Positions 7,701 through 8,252 of a stretch of DNA of 8,252 bases are shown in pieces. Under the pieces are notes generated by a model. That model had not been told where the DNA came from and did no database searches. It worked only from the letters and a program-made list of their open reading frames with translations. The position numbers and the translations under genes were made by a program. This DNA is from Azolla caroliniana (Eukaryota; Plantae; Polypodiophyta), in contig JBHGNT010001454.1 in the NCBI GenBank assembly GCA_043228905.1, positions 1-8,252 on the forward strand, written 5' to 3'. Every line of letters starts with the position of its first letter. Position 1 is the stretch's first letter.

Positions 7701-8252
7701 TGTTTCCAAACTCTTTGATATTGCAAATGTGAAAGATCCATATCTTATACTAACTAAGTGTGTATCGCAATAATGTCAAGCTACTATACCTTCCATGCAA
7801 ACTAAACGAACATGAGGAGATGGTGGGAACACTACGGTTTATATAACAAGTTTATCCTTCAAAAGTTACGTATAATGGAAATACCCCAATCTCCAAGATT
7901 GTAATGATTTGCAAGCAAGATCTCATAGAGTCAAAATCAAGTTAGTTCTCATACCTCTGGGGCCACTCTTGGAATATTCAACATCTTAGGACCAAGATTA
8001 GCGTGATGATAGCTAGTGTATGAAGGCGCCTAACACCTAAATGATTTATTAACACACACATGATAGAGTTGGACAAGAATTAGGTTAGTTTAAGACATGT
8101 GTGATAAAGGTCACCCACATTACCTCCTCTCAAATGTAACTACAAAGTTCTTACTAAACACCCCAGGCCACAAGAAAAAGAGATGTAACCCCATTCGAGA
8201 TAGAGAACAAATAACTTCATTGAATCTATTTACATGTCCACAATTACACAAG

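Noticed and set aside
7780-8240. Faint minus-strand resemblance to plant LINE ORF1 (SLFLVAW near 8163-8183, WVTF at 8106-8117)
   Set aside because: The motifs are too short and fragmented to support by eye. It would need a DUF4283 or zf-CCHC_4 HMM hit.

Overview
Plant-type repeat region with no host gene, RNA gene or CRISPR array that I can support. Most of the window (1-5360, minus strand) is a decayed Ty1/copia LTR retrotransposon. It has a ~414 bp 5' LTR (4947-5360), a tRNA-iMet primer binding site and a single gag-pol with domains in copia order: Gag, CCHC knuckle, protease, integrase, RT, RNase H. Premature stops and frameshifts break the gag-pol, and Pol runs on into an unusual charged C-terminal extension. 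The 3' LTR lies beyond the left edge. This element is inserted into the RT of a different, older copia element on the plus strand (5361-~5700). Further right, a heavily eroded LINE (L1-type) RT remnant that the ORF track misses lies at ~6915-7700 (+). I found no convincing novel multi-gene system. The best leads are the Pol extension past a vestigial PPT, the repeat and palindrome structure of the LTR U3, the nesting, and a CG/CHG deamination signature.
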